Positions 33,124-42,495 of a stretch of DNA of 64,000 nt are shown piece after piece. Source of the stretch: an uncultured Acidimicrobiaceae bacterium (GTDB lineage: Bacteria; Actinomycetota; Acidimicrobiia; Acidimicrobiales; Bog-793). The notes beneath the pieces are model-generated. The model was not told the DNA's origin. It ran no database searches and saw nothing but the letters and a program-made list of their open reading frames with translations. The DNA lies in assembly GCA_963725215.1 (NCBI GenBank), contig CAVRXQ010000006.1, positions 2,469 to 66,468 on the forward strand, in the 5' to 3' direction. Numbering within the stretch: the first letter of the stretch is position 1; each line of letters opens with the position of its first letter. Made by a program: the position numbers and the translations under genes.

Positions 33124-34122
33124 GTGATGACGTCATCCGCGGCGGTCTTCCTCGTCGGGGCGGCGTTCAGCCTCGCGACGAGTTGGCTGCTCGTCTCGCG
33201 CATCGAACGGATCAGCAGGCGCTTCGGGGTATCCGAAGCGATCCTCGGCTTGATCGCGGCGCTGGCCGCCGACGCCCCGGAAATCACCTCGGCGGTGAGC
33301 GCCCTCGTCCACCGGCAGCACGCGATCGGCGCCGGCGTCGTGCTCGGGTCGAACGTGTTCAACCTGGCCGCGTTGTTGGGGGTCGGGGCGCTCGTCGCGG
33401 GGAGCATCGAGCTGCACTGGCGCGTCGTCCTGCTCACCGGCGTGGTCTGCGTGTGGACGGCGGTGGTCTGCCTGGCGGTCGTGCTCGGCGCGTTCCCTCC
33501 AGATGTCGGGATCGTCCTCGCCGTGCTCGTGATCGTGCCGTACGTGGCGTTGAGCGCGACCCATGGAAGGATGCCGCGTCGATTCCCGCTCGCGACGGCA
33601 ACGAAGCGGTGGTTCGTCGACGCGATCCGCGAAGAGGAATCCGAGCTGCATAGGGCGATCCCTCCGACGAGGGCCAACCGTTTCGACTTTGCGGTCGGCG
33701 CCGCCGCACTCGTCGCCGTCGTCGTGGCGAGCGCGGCGATGGAACGCGCCGGCGCCTCCCTCGGCGGTCATTTCCATGTGCCGGGCATCGTCGTCGGGGG
33801 AATCGTCCTCGCCGCGGTGACGAGCGTCCCGAACGCGGTCGCTGGCGTCTACCTCGCCCGGAGAAAGCGCGGCGCCGCCACGCTGAGCACGACGTTCAAC
33901 TCGAACGCGTTGAACGTCACGGCGGGATTCCTCGTGCCTGCCGCGATCTTGGGGATCGGCGAAACGGGCGGCCAGGTGACGCTCGTCGCCGCGTGGTACG
34001 TCGCGATGTCGCTTTTGCTCGTGGTCGTGGCGTTCGTGCGGGCGGGTTTCAACCGCCTTGTTGGCGCGGTGATCGTCGCGAGCTACCTCGCGTACCTCGG
34101 CGTTGTCCTTGCGACGAGCTGA
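33124..34122 (+). CDS. Na+/Ca2+ exchanger-family (CaCA) membrane protein
   Basis: Two alpha-repeats: ALAADAPE...GSNVFN and AAVTSVPN...NSNALN; about 10 TMs. Confidence 0.82.
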   Translation: MMTSSAAVFLVGAAFSLATSWLLVSRIERISRRFGVSEAILGLIAALAADAPEITSAVSALVHRQHAIGAGVVLGSNVFNLAALLGVGALVAGSIELHWRVVLLTGVVCVWTAVVCLAVVLGAFPPDVGIVLAVLVIVPYVALSATHGRMPRRFPLATATKRWFVDAIREEESELHRAIPPTRANRFDFAVGAAALVAVVVASAAMERAGASLGGHFHVPGIVVGGIVLAAVTSVPNAVAGVYLARRKRGAATLSTTFNSNALNVTAGFLVPAAILGIGETGGQVTLVAAWYVAMSLLLVVVAFVRAGFNRLVGAVIVASYLAYLGVVLATS

Positions 34123-34137
34123 GGCGAGCGGTCGAGA

Positions 34138-34773
34138 TCAGTCGAGCCGACGGAGGACCGTGACGACTTTGCCGTAGATCGTTACCTCGCCGGGCGCGAG
34201 CTCGATCTCGTCGAAGTCGGGGTTCGCGGCGACAAGGACGACCTTTCCGCGGCGGCGTCGGAACGTCTTCACCGTCGCCTCGTCGTCGCCGATTCCCGCG
34301 ACGACGATGTCTCCCGGTTCGGCCTCTGGCTGTCGGCGGACGACGACGAGGTCGTTATCGAAGATGCCGGCGTTCAGCATCGAATCCCCGCGCACCCGCA
34401 GCATGAACAGCTCCCCGGGACCGGTGAGGTCCTCGGGGACGGGGAGCACCTCTTCGACGTTCTCCTCGGCGAGCACCCCGGTGCCCGCGGCGACGTTGCC
34501 GACCAACGGGACGTGCGCGACGGGTCGGACCCCGATCGCGGCTCCCGAGGAGGGCTCGAAAGAGACGACGATCGCCCGGGGCTTCGTCGGGTCGCGGCGC
34601 AAGAACCCGTGGCGCTGGAGGATCTGGAGATGGGTGTGGACGGTCGACGATGACGTGAGCCCGACGGCCTCGCCGATCTCACGCACCGACGGGGGATAGC
34701 CCCGCTCGCGGACCTGGCGTTCGATGAATTCGAGGATCTGGCGCCGCTTCCCCGAAAGCTGCGTCTCGGCCAC
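34138..34773 (-). CDS. lexA: SOS repressor LexA
   Basis: GYPPSVREIG, SSSTVH, VAAG cleavage site, VRGDSM, ATVK; start GTG 34773 after AGGGG (alternative 34809). Confidence 0.96.
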   Translation of the reverse strand: MAETQLSGKRRQILEFIERQVRERGYPPSVREIGEAVGLTSSSTVHTHLQILQRHGFLRRDPTKPRAIVVSFEPSSGAAIGVRPVAHVPLVGNVAAGTGVLAEENVEEVLPVPEDLTGPGELFMLRVRGDSMLNAGIFDNDLVVVRRQPEAEPGDIVVAGIGDDEATVKTFRRRRGKVVLVAANPDFDEIELAPGEVTIYGKVVTVLRRLD

Positions 34774-34834
34774 GGCATACCCCCTGTTCGGCGTCGTGGG
34801 TCGGGCCACCGTACAGCGGTGAGATACCCGGATG

Positions 34835-34926
34835 CAAACATCCGTTCGTGGAACACCCGTTCGATGAATCGTTGACAGCGAACAGACGTTCGTGGAACGA
34901 TGCCACGAGAAGCGAACACGTGTACG
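34835..34926. promoter_or_regulatory. Four LexA (CGAAC-N4-GTTCG type) boxes plus a TTGACA -35
   Basis: CAAACATCCGTTCG 34835-48; GGAACACCCGTTCG 34850-63; CGAACAGACGTTCG 34879-92; CGAACACGTGTACG 34913-26; TTGACA 34872-77. Confidence 0.88.
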
Positions 34927-34955
34927 AGGGGGCGGACACCGCCGGGGAGGTCCAG

Positions 34956-35375
34956 ATGGCCGCAGTGCCGAGCACGATCGGGCGTTCGGAAAGGCGCGCC
35001 CCGGTTGTCACGCGCGACCGGCTCCGCCTAGTCACGAGGGCCGACGAGACGTTCGGGCACCGAATCGACGATCGACGCGCCGCCGTCAGGCGGCGGGCGT
35101 TGGCACGGCGCCGCCTCACAACCCTCGCCGCCGTTGGCGGACTCGTCGGTCTGTGGTTCGGGACCGGCGCGCTTGCGTCGACGCAGAACGTCGCGGCGAA
35201 GCCCGCGCTGACGGTGGCTGCGGGGTCCGTGTACGTCGTGCGGGTCGGCGATTCCGTCGCCTCGATCGCCAAGGCGGTTGCACCTCGAAGAGACGTCTCG
35301 ATCGTTGTCCGCGAACTAGAGCGGGAACTCCACGATCGCTCGCTTCGGCCGGGGATGGTGCTGCGGGTCCCCTGA
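34956..35375 (+). CDS. LysM-domain membrane protein (YneA/ChiZ-like SOS division inhibitor)
   Basis: GGGGAGG RBS; one TM then YVVRVGDSVASIA...LRPGMVLRVP; divergent from lexA behind SOS boxes. Confidence 0.82.
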   Translation: MAAVPSTIGRSERRAPVVTRDRLRLVTRADETFGHRIDDRRAAVRRRALARRRLTTLAAVGGLVGLWFGTGALASTQNVAAKPALTVAAGSVYVVRVGDSVASIAKAVAPRRDVSIVVRELERELHDRSLRPGMVLRVP

Positions 35376-35475
35376 TCGCGAGCGTCGGCTTCGGAGGCGG
35401 ACGCGAATCGAGAAGTACTGTCCGATGGGTGGTGCCGAATCCGTCAGTTCGACCAAGCTTTCCCGTCGGTCGCTG

Positions 35476-35970
35476 ATGCGCTGTCCGAACTGTTCGGTCT
35501 CGGACGATCACGTCGTCGACTCTCGCGAGGTCGACCATTCCCAGGCCGTCCGTCGGCGCCGGGAATGTCGGAACTGCGGCTATCGATTCACCACCTTCGA
35601 GCGCCTCGCCGAAGCGGTCGTGTTCGTCGTGAAGCGGTCGGGCGAGCAAGAGCCGTTCCAACTTGACAAGGTTGTCGCAGGCGTGCGGGCCGCGACGAAA
35701 AATCGCCCCGTCGACGATGATCAGATCATGGCGGTGGCGAAAGCCGTCGAGGACCACATCCGTGCGCTCGGAACTTCGGTGAGCACCGAACAGATCGGGG
35801 TGTCGGTGCTCGACCAATTGAAAGAACTCGACGAGGTGGCCTACATCCGCTTCGCGAGCGTGTACAAGGGATTCGAGAACCTGAGCGACTTCGAGCGCGA
35901 AGCAGGACTGCTGACCAAATCGACGGCGCCGAAGCGCCACACGCAGCACGCGGATCAACGTGCCGATTGA
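35476..35970 (+). CDS. nrdR: Transcriptional repressor NrdR
   Basis: MRCPNC, VVDSRE, RRRRECRNCGYRFTTFE, VVKRSG, VAYIRFASVY. Confidence 0.96.
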   Translation: MRCPNCSVSDDHVVDSREVDHSQAVRRRRECRNCGYRFTTFERLAEAVVFVVKRSGEQEPFQLDKVVAGVRAATKNRPVDDDQIMAVAKAVEDHIRALGTSVSTEQIGVSVLDQLKELDEVAYIRFASVYKGFENLSDFEREAGLLTKSTAPKRHTQHADQRAD

Positions 35971-36670
35971 GCTTCTTCGACTCGTTCCGAGGCGCGCGAT
36001 GGCGATCTACGCGCATCCCGACGACGCAGACGTCGCTTGCGCCGGGACGCTCGCTCGATGGCACGACGCGGCGAGCGCCGTAGAGCTCGTTGTCTGCGCG
36101 CGCGGCGACAAGGGGACGCGTGATCCGAGCGCCAGGACCAAAGAGCTCGTCGCGCGGCGCGCTCAGGAGATCGCCCGGGCGTCCGAAATCGTGGGTATCG
36201 GGCGAGTGCATCAGCTCGGACGAAGCGACGGCGAGTTCGACAACGACCTGTCGTTGCGAGCGGAGATCGTCGCACTGATCCGGGTGTTCCAGCCGGAGGT
36301 CCTCATCTGTCCCGATCCGCTCGCCGTCTTCTTCGGGTCGCACTACTACAACCATCGCGACCACCGAGTCGTCGGTTTCGCGGCGCTGGACTCGGCTTCT
36401 CCGGCTGCGTCGTCACCCCGTTACTTTCCGGATGCCGGCAACCCGCATGCCGTCGAGTACGCGTTGTTGTCAGGGACCCTCGAGCCGGACACCGCGGTCG
36501 ACATCACCTCCACCATCGGACGAAAGACGGACGCGGTGGCGTGCCACGCGAGTCAGCTGGAAGACCGGGACGCGATCGGCCCCGTGATCGAAGATCGGGC
36601 GGCGGAAGCCGGTGCCGCCGTCGGCGTCGCGTTCGCAGAGTCGTTCCGTCGCGTCTTCCTCGCGAACTGA
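35960..36670 (+). CDS. PIG-L family deacetylase
   Basis: AHPDDA, GDKG, HRDHR, KTDAVACHASQ, AESF. Confidence 0.88.
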   Translation: MPIELLRLVPRRAMAIYAHPDDADVACAGTLARWHDAASAVELVVCARGDKGTRDPSARTKELVARRAQEIARASEIVGIGRVHQLGRSDGEFDNDLSLRAEIVALIRVFQPEVLICPDPLAVFFGSHYYNHRDHRVVGFAALDSASPAASSPRYFPDAGNPHAVEYALLSGTLEPDTAVDITSTIGRKTDAVACHASQLEDRDAIGPVIEDRAAEAGAAVGVAFAESFRRVFLAN

Positions 36671-36677
36671 CCCAGCC

Positions 36678-37982
36678 GTGGCTGAAAACTTGGGGCTCGG
36701 GTCATCGCAAATCGAGCGCCAGTTCGCAATCGACATCTTGCATCTCGACATGGACTCGTTCTTCGCGGCGGTCGAAGTGCTCGCAGATGCCTCGCTCGAG
36801 GGACGGCCGGTCGTCGTGGGCGGGACTGGTCCGCGCGCCGTCGTGGCGTCGGCGTCGTATCCAGCGAGGGTGTTCGGGATCCGATCGGCGATGCCGATGG
36901 GCCAGGCACGCCGGCTCTGCCCCGACCTCGTCGTCGTGCGGCCACGACATTCCGCGTACTCCGAGGTCGCCGAGCAGCTCTTGACGATCTGTCGCGCCGT
37001 CACCCCGTTCGTCGAGCCGCTCTCGCTCGACGAAGCCTTCTTGGACGTCTCCGGCGCGCACCAACTCTTCGGCGCGAGCGAGGCGATCGCGTGGACGCTC
37101 CACGACCGTGTGAAAGAAGAGCTTTCGCTTTCCTGCGCGATCGGCGTCGCGCGGACCAAGCTCGTCGCGAAGCTCGCCTCGAAGGCCGCCAAGCCCAAGG
37201 TGCGATTCGGTCGTGTCGAGCCGGGCGAGACCGTGAAGATCGTCGCACCCCGTGACGAGCTCGCTTTCTTGCACGCGCATCTGGTGCGTGCGCTCCCGGG
37301 CGTCGGTCCGAAGACCGCCGAGCGACTCCAACGCATGGGCGTGACGACGGTCGACGACCTGAGCATCGTCGGACGGGCTCGCCTCGTCTCGGCGTTCGGT
37401 ACCTCGCTCGGCGAACACCTCGACGACCTGGCCTCCGGCCGCGACGAGCGACCGGTGACGCCCGACAGGGAGCTGAAGTCGATCGGTCATGAGGAGACTT
37501 TCGATGTCGACGACTTCGACCAGCACTCACTCGAGCGCAAGGTGCGTGATTTCGCCGCCTCCGTCGCCGGCGACTGCCGCACCCGAGGCGTCGCCGTCCG
37601 TACCGTCTCGGTGAAGGCGCGCTTTGGCGACTTCGAGACGATCGTCCGGTCGAGGACCGAGCGACGACCCGTCTCGTCGGCCTCGGAGATCTCGGCGATT
37701 GCGACGACGCTCCTCGCCTCCATTGACATCGGCCGAGGAGTCCGGCTGCTCGGCGTGAGCGTTTCGAACCTCTTGGACGCCTCGACGCCGGTAGCCCAGC
37801 TCGGGCTGTTCGACGACGCGGAAGGCTCCGGTCCGAATGCCGAGCGAGCGCACGCGTCGCGACTGGACTCGGCCGAAGGCGTCACCGCAGAGATCCAGCG
37901 GCGTTTCGGCCGCGGCGCGATCGGGCCGGCAAACTCGATCGGCCCGAAAAGACGGGACGCGCGCAAAAAGGACCGCCGCTGA
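36678..37982 (+). CDS. dinB: DNA polymerase IV
   Basis: ILHLDMDSFFAAVE, ASYPARVFGIRSAMP, SLDEAFLD, KLVAKLAS, PGVGPKT, KSIGHEETF. Confidence 0.95.
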   Translation: MAENLGLGSSQIERQFAIDILHLDMDSFFAAVEVLADASLEGRPVVVGGTGPRAVVASASYPARVFGIRSAMPMGQARRLCPDLVVVRPRHSAYSEVAEQLLTICRAVTPFVEPLSLDEAFLDVSGAHQLFGASEAIAWTLHDRVKEELSLSCAIGVARTKLVAKLASKAAKPKVRFGRVEPGETVKIVAPRDELAFLHAHLVRALPGVGPKTAERLQRMGVTTVDDLSIVGRARLVSAFGTSLGEHLDDLASGRDERPVTPDRELKSIGHEETFDVDDFDQHSLERKVRDFAASVAGDCRTRGVAVRTVSVKARFGDFETIVRSRTERRPVSSASEISAIATTLLASIDIGRGVRLLGVSVSNLLDASTPVAQLGLFDDAEGSGPNAERAHASRLDSAEGVTAEIQRRFGRGAIGPANSIGPKRRDARKKDRR

Positions 37983-38120
37983 GGAGCGCGTTTCGTTGTT
38001 GGTCTTCTCGGACACGCGCGACAATGACGCGTACCGCCCGGGCGGAGATGGGGATTAGCGTTCGATTCACGAAACCCGTCGCAGCCTGGGCGGGTGTTGG
38101 GGGCGGAGCCGGGAGGATCA

Positions 38121-38492
38121 GTGCCGCTTTCCGAAGAAGAGCAGCGGATTCTCCATGAGATGGAGCAGAAGCTCTACGAGCACGACCCCGGGTTCCGCGG
38201 CCGGGTCGAGTCGCGGGCTCGGCATTCGATCGCCGGGCGACCGATGCGCTGGTCCGTTCTCATGTTCCTCATCGGCTTCGCCGTGTTGCTCGTCGCGTTC
38301 AGATCCTCGATCGTCATCGGGACCTTCGGATTCCTCGTGATGTTGTTCGCGGCGCTGATGTTCGAGCGCTCGGCGCGCCAGTCCTTCGGGCGTCAAGAAA
38401 GCGCCCGCCGCCCGGGGCGGCCGAGCGGTTTTGGCGAGGAGTTCGCGCTGATCGGTCGGAGGTTGCGCTCGCGATTCGGTCGCGATCGCTGA
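38121..38492 (+). CDS. DUF3040-like membrane protein
   Basis: MPLSEEEQRILHEMEQKLYEHDPGF then two TMs; GGAGG RBS. Confidence 0.85.
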   Translation: MPLSEEEQRILHEMEQKLYEHDPGFRGRVESRARHSIAGRPMRWSVLMFLIGFAVLLVAFRSSIVIGTFGFLVMLFAALMFERSARQSFGRQESARRPGRPSGFGEEFALIGRRLRSRFGRDR

Positions 38493-38520
38493 TCAGCACC
38501 TCTTTTTCCAGCTGAAAAGC

Positions 38521-38790
38521 GTGATCGCGCTCGTGCGCGCCGTGTTGTCAGTCGTGGTGCGCCAGCCGAACCTGTTGCCGATCGCGCTGGTCGTGGGGCG
38601 CGGGCTTGTGCCGACGAAATGGTGGCGGCGTTGGCCGCCGGTCCCGTTCCCCGATAGAGGATGGATCGCATTTCGCCTCGAAACCGCGTACGGCGACCCG
38701 AATGCACGCCCGTCGGTCGAAGACGTGAAGGGCTACCTCGAATGGGCGCGCGAGATGCGTTCTTTGCGCCGCGCGAGTCGCCTGCGCTGA
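38521..38790 (+). CDS. Small hypothetical protein
   Basis: 89-aa ORF (WWRRWPPVPFPDRGWIAFRLETAYG) filling the gap in the same orientation. Confidence 0.7.
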   Translation: MIALVRAVLSVVVRQPNLLPIALVVGRGLVPTKWWRRWPPVPFPDRGWIAFRLETAYGDPNARPSVEDVKGYLEWAREMRSLRRASRLR

Positions 38791-38857
38791 AGGACGACGC
38801 GATATCCTCGCCGGAGATGACGGAGGGCGGAAGTCCCGGGCGGCGATCGGACCTGTC

Positions 38858-39373
38858 GTGAACGGCCGGTCTTTGGTGCTCAACGCGACCTTCGAACCGC
38901 TTTGCGTCGTGCCCTCGCGTCGGGCGCTGATCCTCGTGATCAACGAGAAGGCCGAGTTGATCCACGAGACCGGGCGGCTGTACCGCTCGGAAAAGGTGGC
39001 ATTCTCCGAGCCTTCGGTGATCCGACTCGCGCACTTCATCCACGTCCCGCATCAGACCCGCATCGCGATCTCGCGCCGGTCGGTCTTCGCCCGTGACGGG
39101 CACCGCTGCCAATACTGCGGAAGCCAGGCGGAGAACATCGACCACGTGCGCCCGAAGAGCCGTGGCGGAAAGCACATCTGGGAGAACGTCGTCGCGGCGT
39201 GCCGGCGGTGCAATTCGCTGAAAGAGGATCGTCTCTTGGCAGAGACGTCGCTCAGCCTGCGTCGCGCTCCGAGAGCGCCCCGCTCGCGGGTGTGGCTGCT
39301 CGCCGCGAGCGGTGAATTCCGCGACGAATGGGAGCAGTACGTGACTCCGTCGCTCGGTCGCGCCGCGGTCTGA
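38858..39373 (+). CDS. HNH endonuclease (McrA-like housekeeping type)
   Basis: LVLNATFEPL, RDGHRCQYCG, IDHVRPKSRGG, WENVVAACRRCN. Confidence 0.92.
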   Translation: MNGRSLVLNATFEPLCVVPSRRALILVINEKAELIHETGRLYRSEKVAFSEPSVIRLAHFIHVPHQTRIAISRRSVFARDGHRCQYCGSQAENIDHVRPKSRGGKHIWENVVAACRRCNSLKEDRLLAETSLSLRRAPRAPRSRVWLLAASGEFRDEWEQYVTPSLGRAAV

Positions 39374-40086
39374 CCGCTCCTTCGTCGAAAGCGGACGCGC
39401 CGATCTGGCACGGCGGGTGGAGCGTCATCGAGCGCGTCGGCACGCCTGAAGAGCTCGTCACCGATCAGCCCGAACCCGCTGATCGGCGCCTGGCGTGCAT
39501 TTGTCTACCGACGAGTGGAGCCGTGGTCCTCGGTAGCACGCAGCGTCCAGACGAGATCGACGTCGCGCGACGTCGCCGAGCGGGCTACGAGCTGTCGAAG
39601 CGCCGAAGCGGGGGAGGCGCGGTCGTCGTCGCGCCGGGGGCGCAGGCCTGGGTCGATCTCTTCGTGCCCCGCGACGACCCGTTGTTCGAGACAGATGTAT
39701 CTCGCGCCGCGCATTTCGTCGCAGATCTGTGGGTTGAAGTCCTCACCTCGAGCGCGTCGGTGGTGCCGGTGATCGAGCCGATTCGGGCCCTCTCGGCGAC
39801 TCGCTGGTCGCGGAGCGTCTGTTTCTCCGGGCTCGGTCCAGGCGAGGTGACGGTGGCGGAAAAAAAGGTCGTCGGAGTCTCCCAGCGACGTGATCGGCGC
39901 GGCGCGTGGTTCTTCACGATGGCGCTGTATGAAAACCGCCAACACGTGCTCGCCGAGTTGTTGGTGCTCGAAGAGCCCGAGCGCGACGCGTTGCGCGCCG
40001 AGCTCTCGTTGCACGTGGGCTCGCTCGATGAAGCGACTGGGGTTCTCGAGGATGGTCTCCTACGTGCGCTGATCGGAGCGGATTAG
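39328..40086 (+). CDS. Lipoate-protein ligase family protein
   Basis: AVVLGSTQ, RRSGGGAVV, CFSGLGPGE, KKVVGVSQRR; start uncertain. Confidence 0.8.
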   Translation: MGAVRDSVARSRRGLTAPSSKADAPIWHGGWSVIERVGTPEELVTDQPEPADRRLACICLPTSGAVVLGSTQRPDEIDVARRRRAGYELSKRRSGGGAVVVAPGAQAWVDLFVPRDDPLFETDVSRAAHFVADLWVEVLTSSASVVPVIEPIRALSATRWSRSVCFSGLGPGEVTVAEKKVVGVSQRRDRRGAWFFTMALYENRQHVLAELLVLEEPERDALRAELSLHVGSLDEATGVLEDGLLRALIGAD

Positions 40087-40283
40087 CGGGCGAAGACGTG
40101 CCAGCCGAGCCACATCCATCCGACCGAGACGACGATTCGGCCGACAACTGTCCGGGTCGCCAGTCGTGCGACCGTTCCGGCCGGCGCCACGGGTCGGTGT
40201 GTCGTGTGCGCGAGGACCTCGAGTCCGATCGCGATCGCGGCGAGGACGACCCAAATCGCGATCGTCACTTCGCGCACCGTCAT
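40083..40283 (-). CDS. Small membrane protein, DUF6186-like
   Basis: MTVREVTIAIWVVLAAIAIGLE...GWMWLGWHVFAR; ATGA coupling with the upstream ORF. Confidence 0.72.
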   Translation of the reverse strand: MTVREVTIAIWVVLAAIAIGLEVLAHTTHRPVAPAGTVARLATRTVVGRIVVSVGWMWLGWHVFAR

Positions 40284-40669
40284 GACAACGCGATCCACGC
40301 GCCGAAGACGACCCACGCGAAGAACGACACGCCCCTCGAAATCGAATTGGTCGCCAGAACGGTGAGCGCCGCGCTCACCGTCGGATGGGAGTGTCGCGGC
40401 GTTTCGGCGTAGTTGAAGACCTCGAATCCGATCGCGCCCGCCGCGAGCGCCGTCCAGACGACGATTGAGCGTGCTGGAACTCGGATCGGCGTTGCGAGCC
40501 GCGTGCCCGGTCCGGGAATCAGTGGGATAACCCACCGACGCGCGGCGCTGAGCGTGACGAAAAGGACGAGCGCCACGGCCGTGACGATGTCCGATCCGTC
40601 GGTGAAGACCCGCGTCTGTGAAGCCGCGACAGCGAGCACGATCGCCAGAAGTCCCAACCAAAGGCGCAC
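40280..40669 (-). CDS. Hypothetical multi-TM membrane protein
   Basis: 129-aa hydrophobic ORF (…HSHPTVS…) whose stop overlaps the next start. Confidence 0.7.
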   Translation of the reverse strand: MRLWLGLLAIVLAVAASQTRVFTDGSDIVTAVALVLFVTLSAARRWVIPLIPGPGTRLATPIRVPARSIVVWTALAAGAIGFEVFNYAETPRHSHPTVSAALTVLATNSISRGVSFFAWVVFGAWIALS

Positions 40670-40786
40670 GAGAACAGTCTCGCCCGTCGGGATCGCTGCG
40701 ATCGGCTCCGCATCCGCGCTGGCGTTCGGGCTCCGGGTGTGGTGCTCTTCGGCGGAGGAGCGCTCGGATCGTCGAAGAGCGCTTGG

Positions 40787-41557
40787 TTATCCGCCCGAGG
40801 CTGACGCCGCGATTGCTGGCCCAGGTAACGAGAGCGCGTTCACGGCGTCGAGGTTTCCGATCGTGTAGCGGATGAGCCGTCGTGCCCGAACCGGGGTAAG
40901 CGTTTCGCATATCCAATCCCAGTGCACAGAGACGAGGTCCCCGACCTTGGGAGTGTCCTCACCTTCGCCCTGAGACACGAAACGGCGGACGTGAACGTCG
41001 GTCGCGCCGGTGAGTCGGAGACGGTCGTTTTCGAACGCCAGCCTCGGCGTTCGCACGACGGCCATATCCTCATCAACCGACAGCACGCGCCCCCATCGGA
41101 CGCGGCAGCGGTCAATGACGTCGAGCGCCGGTCCTCGCATGCCCGAACGCAAAAGACCGAGCCACGGGTACACGGCGAACACGTGGAAGCTGTGATGAGG
41201 CACCCCGCCTTCTGGTACTGCGTTCGCCACGTTCACGAATGCCGACCCGGCTCGGCGGGCGAAGCGCTCGTCGAGCGAGATCAACATCGCCTGTCTTGGC
41301 ACCCGTCGGATGAGGTCGTTGCCGACCCAATACGCCTCGACGACCCGCGAATCGAGAGGATCCGCGATCGCGTTCGATCCCGCTATTAGCTGCAGGTAGG
41401 GCCAGGCACCGTCGAACTCCCTCGCGAGAAGTGACAGGTCGGAAACGTCGCGCCCTGAGAGCGCCCCGGCGAGCGAGGCCGGATCGGAGGGGCCGCAGTA
41501 TCCGAGAGAGTTCGGCGGATACGCGTAGCGCGCGAACAAGAGCGCCCCGTCGATCAC
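40787..41557 (-). CDS. DUF6390-like hydrogenase-cluster protein
   Basis: GALLFARYAYPPNSLGYCGP, EAYWVGN, PHHSFHV, CRVRWG, VHWDWIC; start GTG 41557 coupled to the EamA stop. Confidence 0.8.
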   Translation of the reverse strand: MIDGALLFARYAYPPNSLGYCGPSDPASLAGALSGRDVSDLSLLAREFDGAWPYLQLIAGSNAIADPLDSRVVEAYWVGNDLIRRVPRQAMLISLDERFARRAGSAFVNVANAVPEGGVPHHSFHVFAVYPWLGLLRSGMRGPALDVIDRCRVRWGRVLSVDEDMAVVRTPRLAFENDRLRLTGATDVHVRRFVSQGEGEDTPKVGDLVSVHWDWICETLTPVRARRLIRYTIGNLDAVNALSLPGPAIAASASGG

Positions 41558-42495
41558 GCGAACGCCGACCTTTTCCTCGCCACCGCGGCGGCGATGACGG
41601 TGCCCACCGCGACGAGGGCCAGTCCCCACGCCTCTGGTGCCAAGTCTTTGTGCTGGACCACTGCCTGCAAGAGCGCCGTCACGATGGCGCTCGAAACGAG
41701 GATCGAGGTGACGTCCACCGCACACGACCGAGAGAGCGCCACCATCCAGCTCGCCACGTAGGCCCCGAGCAACACGCCCGTGATCGCGACCCAACGCAGC
41801 GCGTTGGCGTCTAGGTGGAACAGCATTCCGAGCTTCCCAGTGATCGCGAGATAGCAGACGAGCACGCCCAGCCCACCGCCCATCCGCACGACGCCCATCG
41901 AGGCGGGATCGAAAGCGGGGAACACGCGTCGGATGATCACCGTTTCGATTCCCCAAAGGACGGTCGCGCCGAGGACGAGCGCGTTGCCCGAGTTCATGAC
42001 GAGCGAACCGACGCCACCGCCGACCGCGACGGTGCCGACGACGAGGAGCGCGATCGCAATTGCGTTCCAGACCGAAAGCCGCTCCCGCAGAGCGGGCCAG
42101 GCGACGAGCGCGACCCAAATCACGAGGGTGTCGTGGAGGAACGCGGCCGGCACGGCCGAGGTGCGGGCGAGTCCGTCGAAGAACATCACGAACGCGACGC
42201 CTCCGCCGACGACCGCGACGTAGGAGAGGGCAACGACCTCCGACACTCCGCGCAGCGCTGGGCGCGACATGTCCTTCGTGGCTGGCAGTGAATAAGGCCG
42301 CCTGGTGCGCGCGACAACAGCGAACGCGAGGAGCAAGATCGCGGCGAAGAAGTTCTTTCCCGTCGTGTAGACCGCCGGACTCGTCACGGAATGGACGCCG
42401 TAGCTGTTCACGAACACGGACACTCCGCTCACCGCGGCAGTGATCCCGGCGAACGCCAGGCCCGGGATGAGTCGGGCTCGCAGCCGCGCGCTCAT
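41554..42495 (-). CDS. EamA/DMT family transporter
   Basis: About 10 hydrophobic helices in two EamA-like halves; coupled to the hypC-like gene. Confidence 0.82.
   Translation of the reverse strand: MSARLRARLIPGLAFAGITAAVSGVSVFVNSYGVHSVTSPAVYTTGKNFFAAILLLAFAVVARTRRPYSLPATKDMSRPALRGVSEVVALSYVAVVGGGVAFVMFFDGLARTSAVPAAFLHDTLVIWVALVAWPALRERLSVWNAIAIALLVVGTVAVGGGVGSLVMNSGNALVLGATVLWGIETVIIRRVFPAFDPASMGVVRMGGGLGVLVCYLAITGKLGMLFHLDANALRWVAITGVLLGAYVASWMVALSRSCAVDVTSILVSSAIVTALLQAVVQHKDLAPEAWGLALVAVGTVIAAAVARKRSAFA

Noticed and set aside
32985-33653. ORF with a GGAGG-preceded ATG near 33057 overlapping the exchanger gene
   Set aside because: Off-frame, Arg-rich, overlaps a well-supported membrane protein
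38034-38045. Perfect 12-bp palindrome CCGCCCGGGCGG after dinB
   Set aside because: All G/C with no loop; plausible by chance
38858-39373. HNH nuclease as a defence or mobile element
   Set aside because: Matches the widespread stand-alone actinobacterial type; no methylase, repeats or mobility genes nearby
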